From the IMG/VR virus record IMGVR_UViG_3300009095_000001, positions 1 through 64,000 of that record: a stretch of DNA of 64,000 nt; one strand, 5' to 3'. Positions 62,981 through 64,000 of this stretch are shown piece after piece. Each line of letters starts with the position of its first letter. Position 1 is the stretch's first letter. The notes under the pieces were generated by a model. It saw only the letters and a list, made by a program, of their open reading frames with translations. It had not been told where the DNA came from and did not search any database. The translations under genes and the position numbers were made by a program. The DNA comes from a virus. Its lineage: Duplodnaviria; Caudoviricetes.

Positions 62981-64000
62981 ATGCCCTTCGACAAGCCCAA
63001 CCGGAAGCCCCTCTACGACTTCAAGGACCCGGCGAACCGCCACGACGAGGAGACCCTTGTTCCGGTGCTGGACAAGGCCGCTCAGCTCGCCGCCCAGAAG
63101 TGGGGCGACACCGAGATCGCCCGCAAGCTCGGATTCGACTCGGGCCAGATCGCGTCGCTGTCTCGCTGCGCGACGACGGCCTTCATCGAGGGCTTCTACC
63201 GGCGTCAAGCCGCCGAGACCCCTTGGGCCAACGGCGAGATCATCACGATCACCGACGGTGGCGTGGGTATCGGCGCCACGCGGCTCGAGTGGGGCGAGAC
63301 TGCGGTCCGCAACCCGTCGCAAAACTACGGCTTGACGGCGCTCGACCAGAGCCCCGAGCGAGCGCTCGACCTCGCCGTGCGGATGCACGAGGCGAAGCCC
63401 GGCAAGATCGCCCACAAGATCCAGCTCGGGTTCCACGAAATGGCGCAGGCCGCCATGGCTGGCTGGAACAAGATGAAGGACAAGGGCGACACGCTTCGCG
63501 AGCAGCACATGCTCGACTTCAACGAGGCGATCCTCCGCGGCATCCCGGCGGCCGGCAAGCTCGGGATCACCAACTACCCCGGCATCAAGCGGATGGTCTC
63601 GACCATCGACTGGGCGACCGCCAACGCCGACGTCATCTACGACGAGTGGACCCAGGCGAAGCGGCTCATGTATACGGACGCGTCCAACCGCGAGCGTGCG
63701 ATCAAGCCGACCAAGACCCTGATCCCGCTGAGCGTGGATGAGCACTTCTCCGACGAACTCTTCAACCCCAGCGGTGGCGACACCACGCTGAAGACGTTCA
63801 TCGAGAGGAACAACCGCGGGCACGAGGTCATGATGGACGACTCGCTGCGGAGCGCCGACACGTTCGGCCACGCGGGCGCGATCCTGCTCGCGCCCGAGGC
63901 CGACTCGATCCAGGTGACCTGCCCCGTCTTCGCGCAGGTCCAGCCGCCGGTGGAAGTGGCCGGCAACCAGTGGGTGATCGAGATCGAGATCTGGACGCTC
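62981..64000 (+). CDS. major capsid protein (DUF2184-type), truncated by window end
   Basis: open frame from ATG 62981 (MPFDKPNRK..); EMAQAAMAG..FNEAILRG..KLGITNYPG..DWATA..KPTKTLIP. Confidence 0.8.
   Translation, partial: MPFDKPNRKPLYDFKDPANRHDEETLVPVLDKAAQLAAQKWGDTEIARKLGFDSGQIASLSRCATTAFIEGFYRRQAAETPWANGEIITITDGGVGIGATRLEWGETAVRNPSQNYGLTALDQSPERALDLAVRMHEAKPGKIAHKIQLGFHEMAQAAMAGWNKMKDKGDTLREQHMLDFNEAILRGIPAAGKLGITNYPGIKRMVSTIDWATANADVIYDEWTQAKRLMYTDASNRERAIKPTKTLIPLSVDEHFSDELFNPSGGDTTLKTFIERNNRGHEVMMDDSLRSADTFGHAGAILLAPEADSIQVTCPVFAQVQPPVEVAGNQWVIEIEIWTL

Noticed and set aside
1-64000. Many long antisense or alternate-frame ORFs (e.g. 1826-2965, 39909-41783, 62042-63871)
   Set aside because: Shadows of real genes expected at high GC; Arg/Ala/Pro-rich with no motifs
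1-64000. Apparent excess of CGATCG/CTCGAG (HIP1-like)
   Set aside because: Could arise from GCG-ATC-G and CTC-GAG codon pairs; needs a codon-preserving shuffle test that I cannot run

Overview
The whole window reads as about 64 kb of a high-GC temperate tailed phage (Caudoviricetes); no host housekeeping genes are visible. A myxobacterial host (Nannocystaceae-like) is inferred only from the style of its Cys-rich lipoproteins and its NtrC-type domain. Layout: a tyrosine integrase beside an attP-type site (3' half of tRNA-Gly(CCC) flanked by 11-bp arm repeats, with phage genes on both sides, so apparently unintegrated). A long rightward early/accessory arm follows, carrying an intein-containing C5-methyltransferase, a kinase, an HD hydrolase, a TGT/DpdA-like fusion, ArdC, an ECF sigma factor, two more MTases, a 5'-3' exonuclease and an SNF2 helicase. 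A leftward replication/recombination arm carries RuvC-like, solo DnaA domain IV, UvrD, GH25 endolysin, DnaB, an initiator with internal iterons, ERF and ExoVIII-like genes. Then come a moron cluster of secreted/lipoproteins, an inverted tail-fibre gene and the start of the head operon (Mu-type TerL, DUF1073-type portal, DUF2213, decoration protein, DUF2184-type capsid, truncated). Most striking: (1) the portal is fused in frame to a MerR/excisionase-type HTH and a GAFTGA-less sigma-54-activator AAA+ domain; (2) a restriction-enzyme-type head domain is fused to a TGT/DpdA-like enzyme; (3) there are two families of repeated palindromic operators and a repeated leader hairpin; (4) a divergent pair of paralogous Cys-tipped secreted proteins is each followed by small membrane proteins. 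All family calls come from motif recognition by eye, not database searches.
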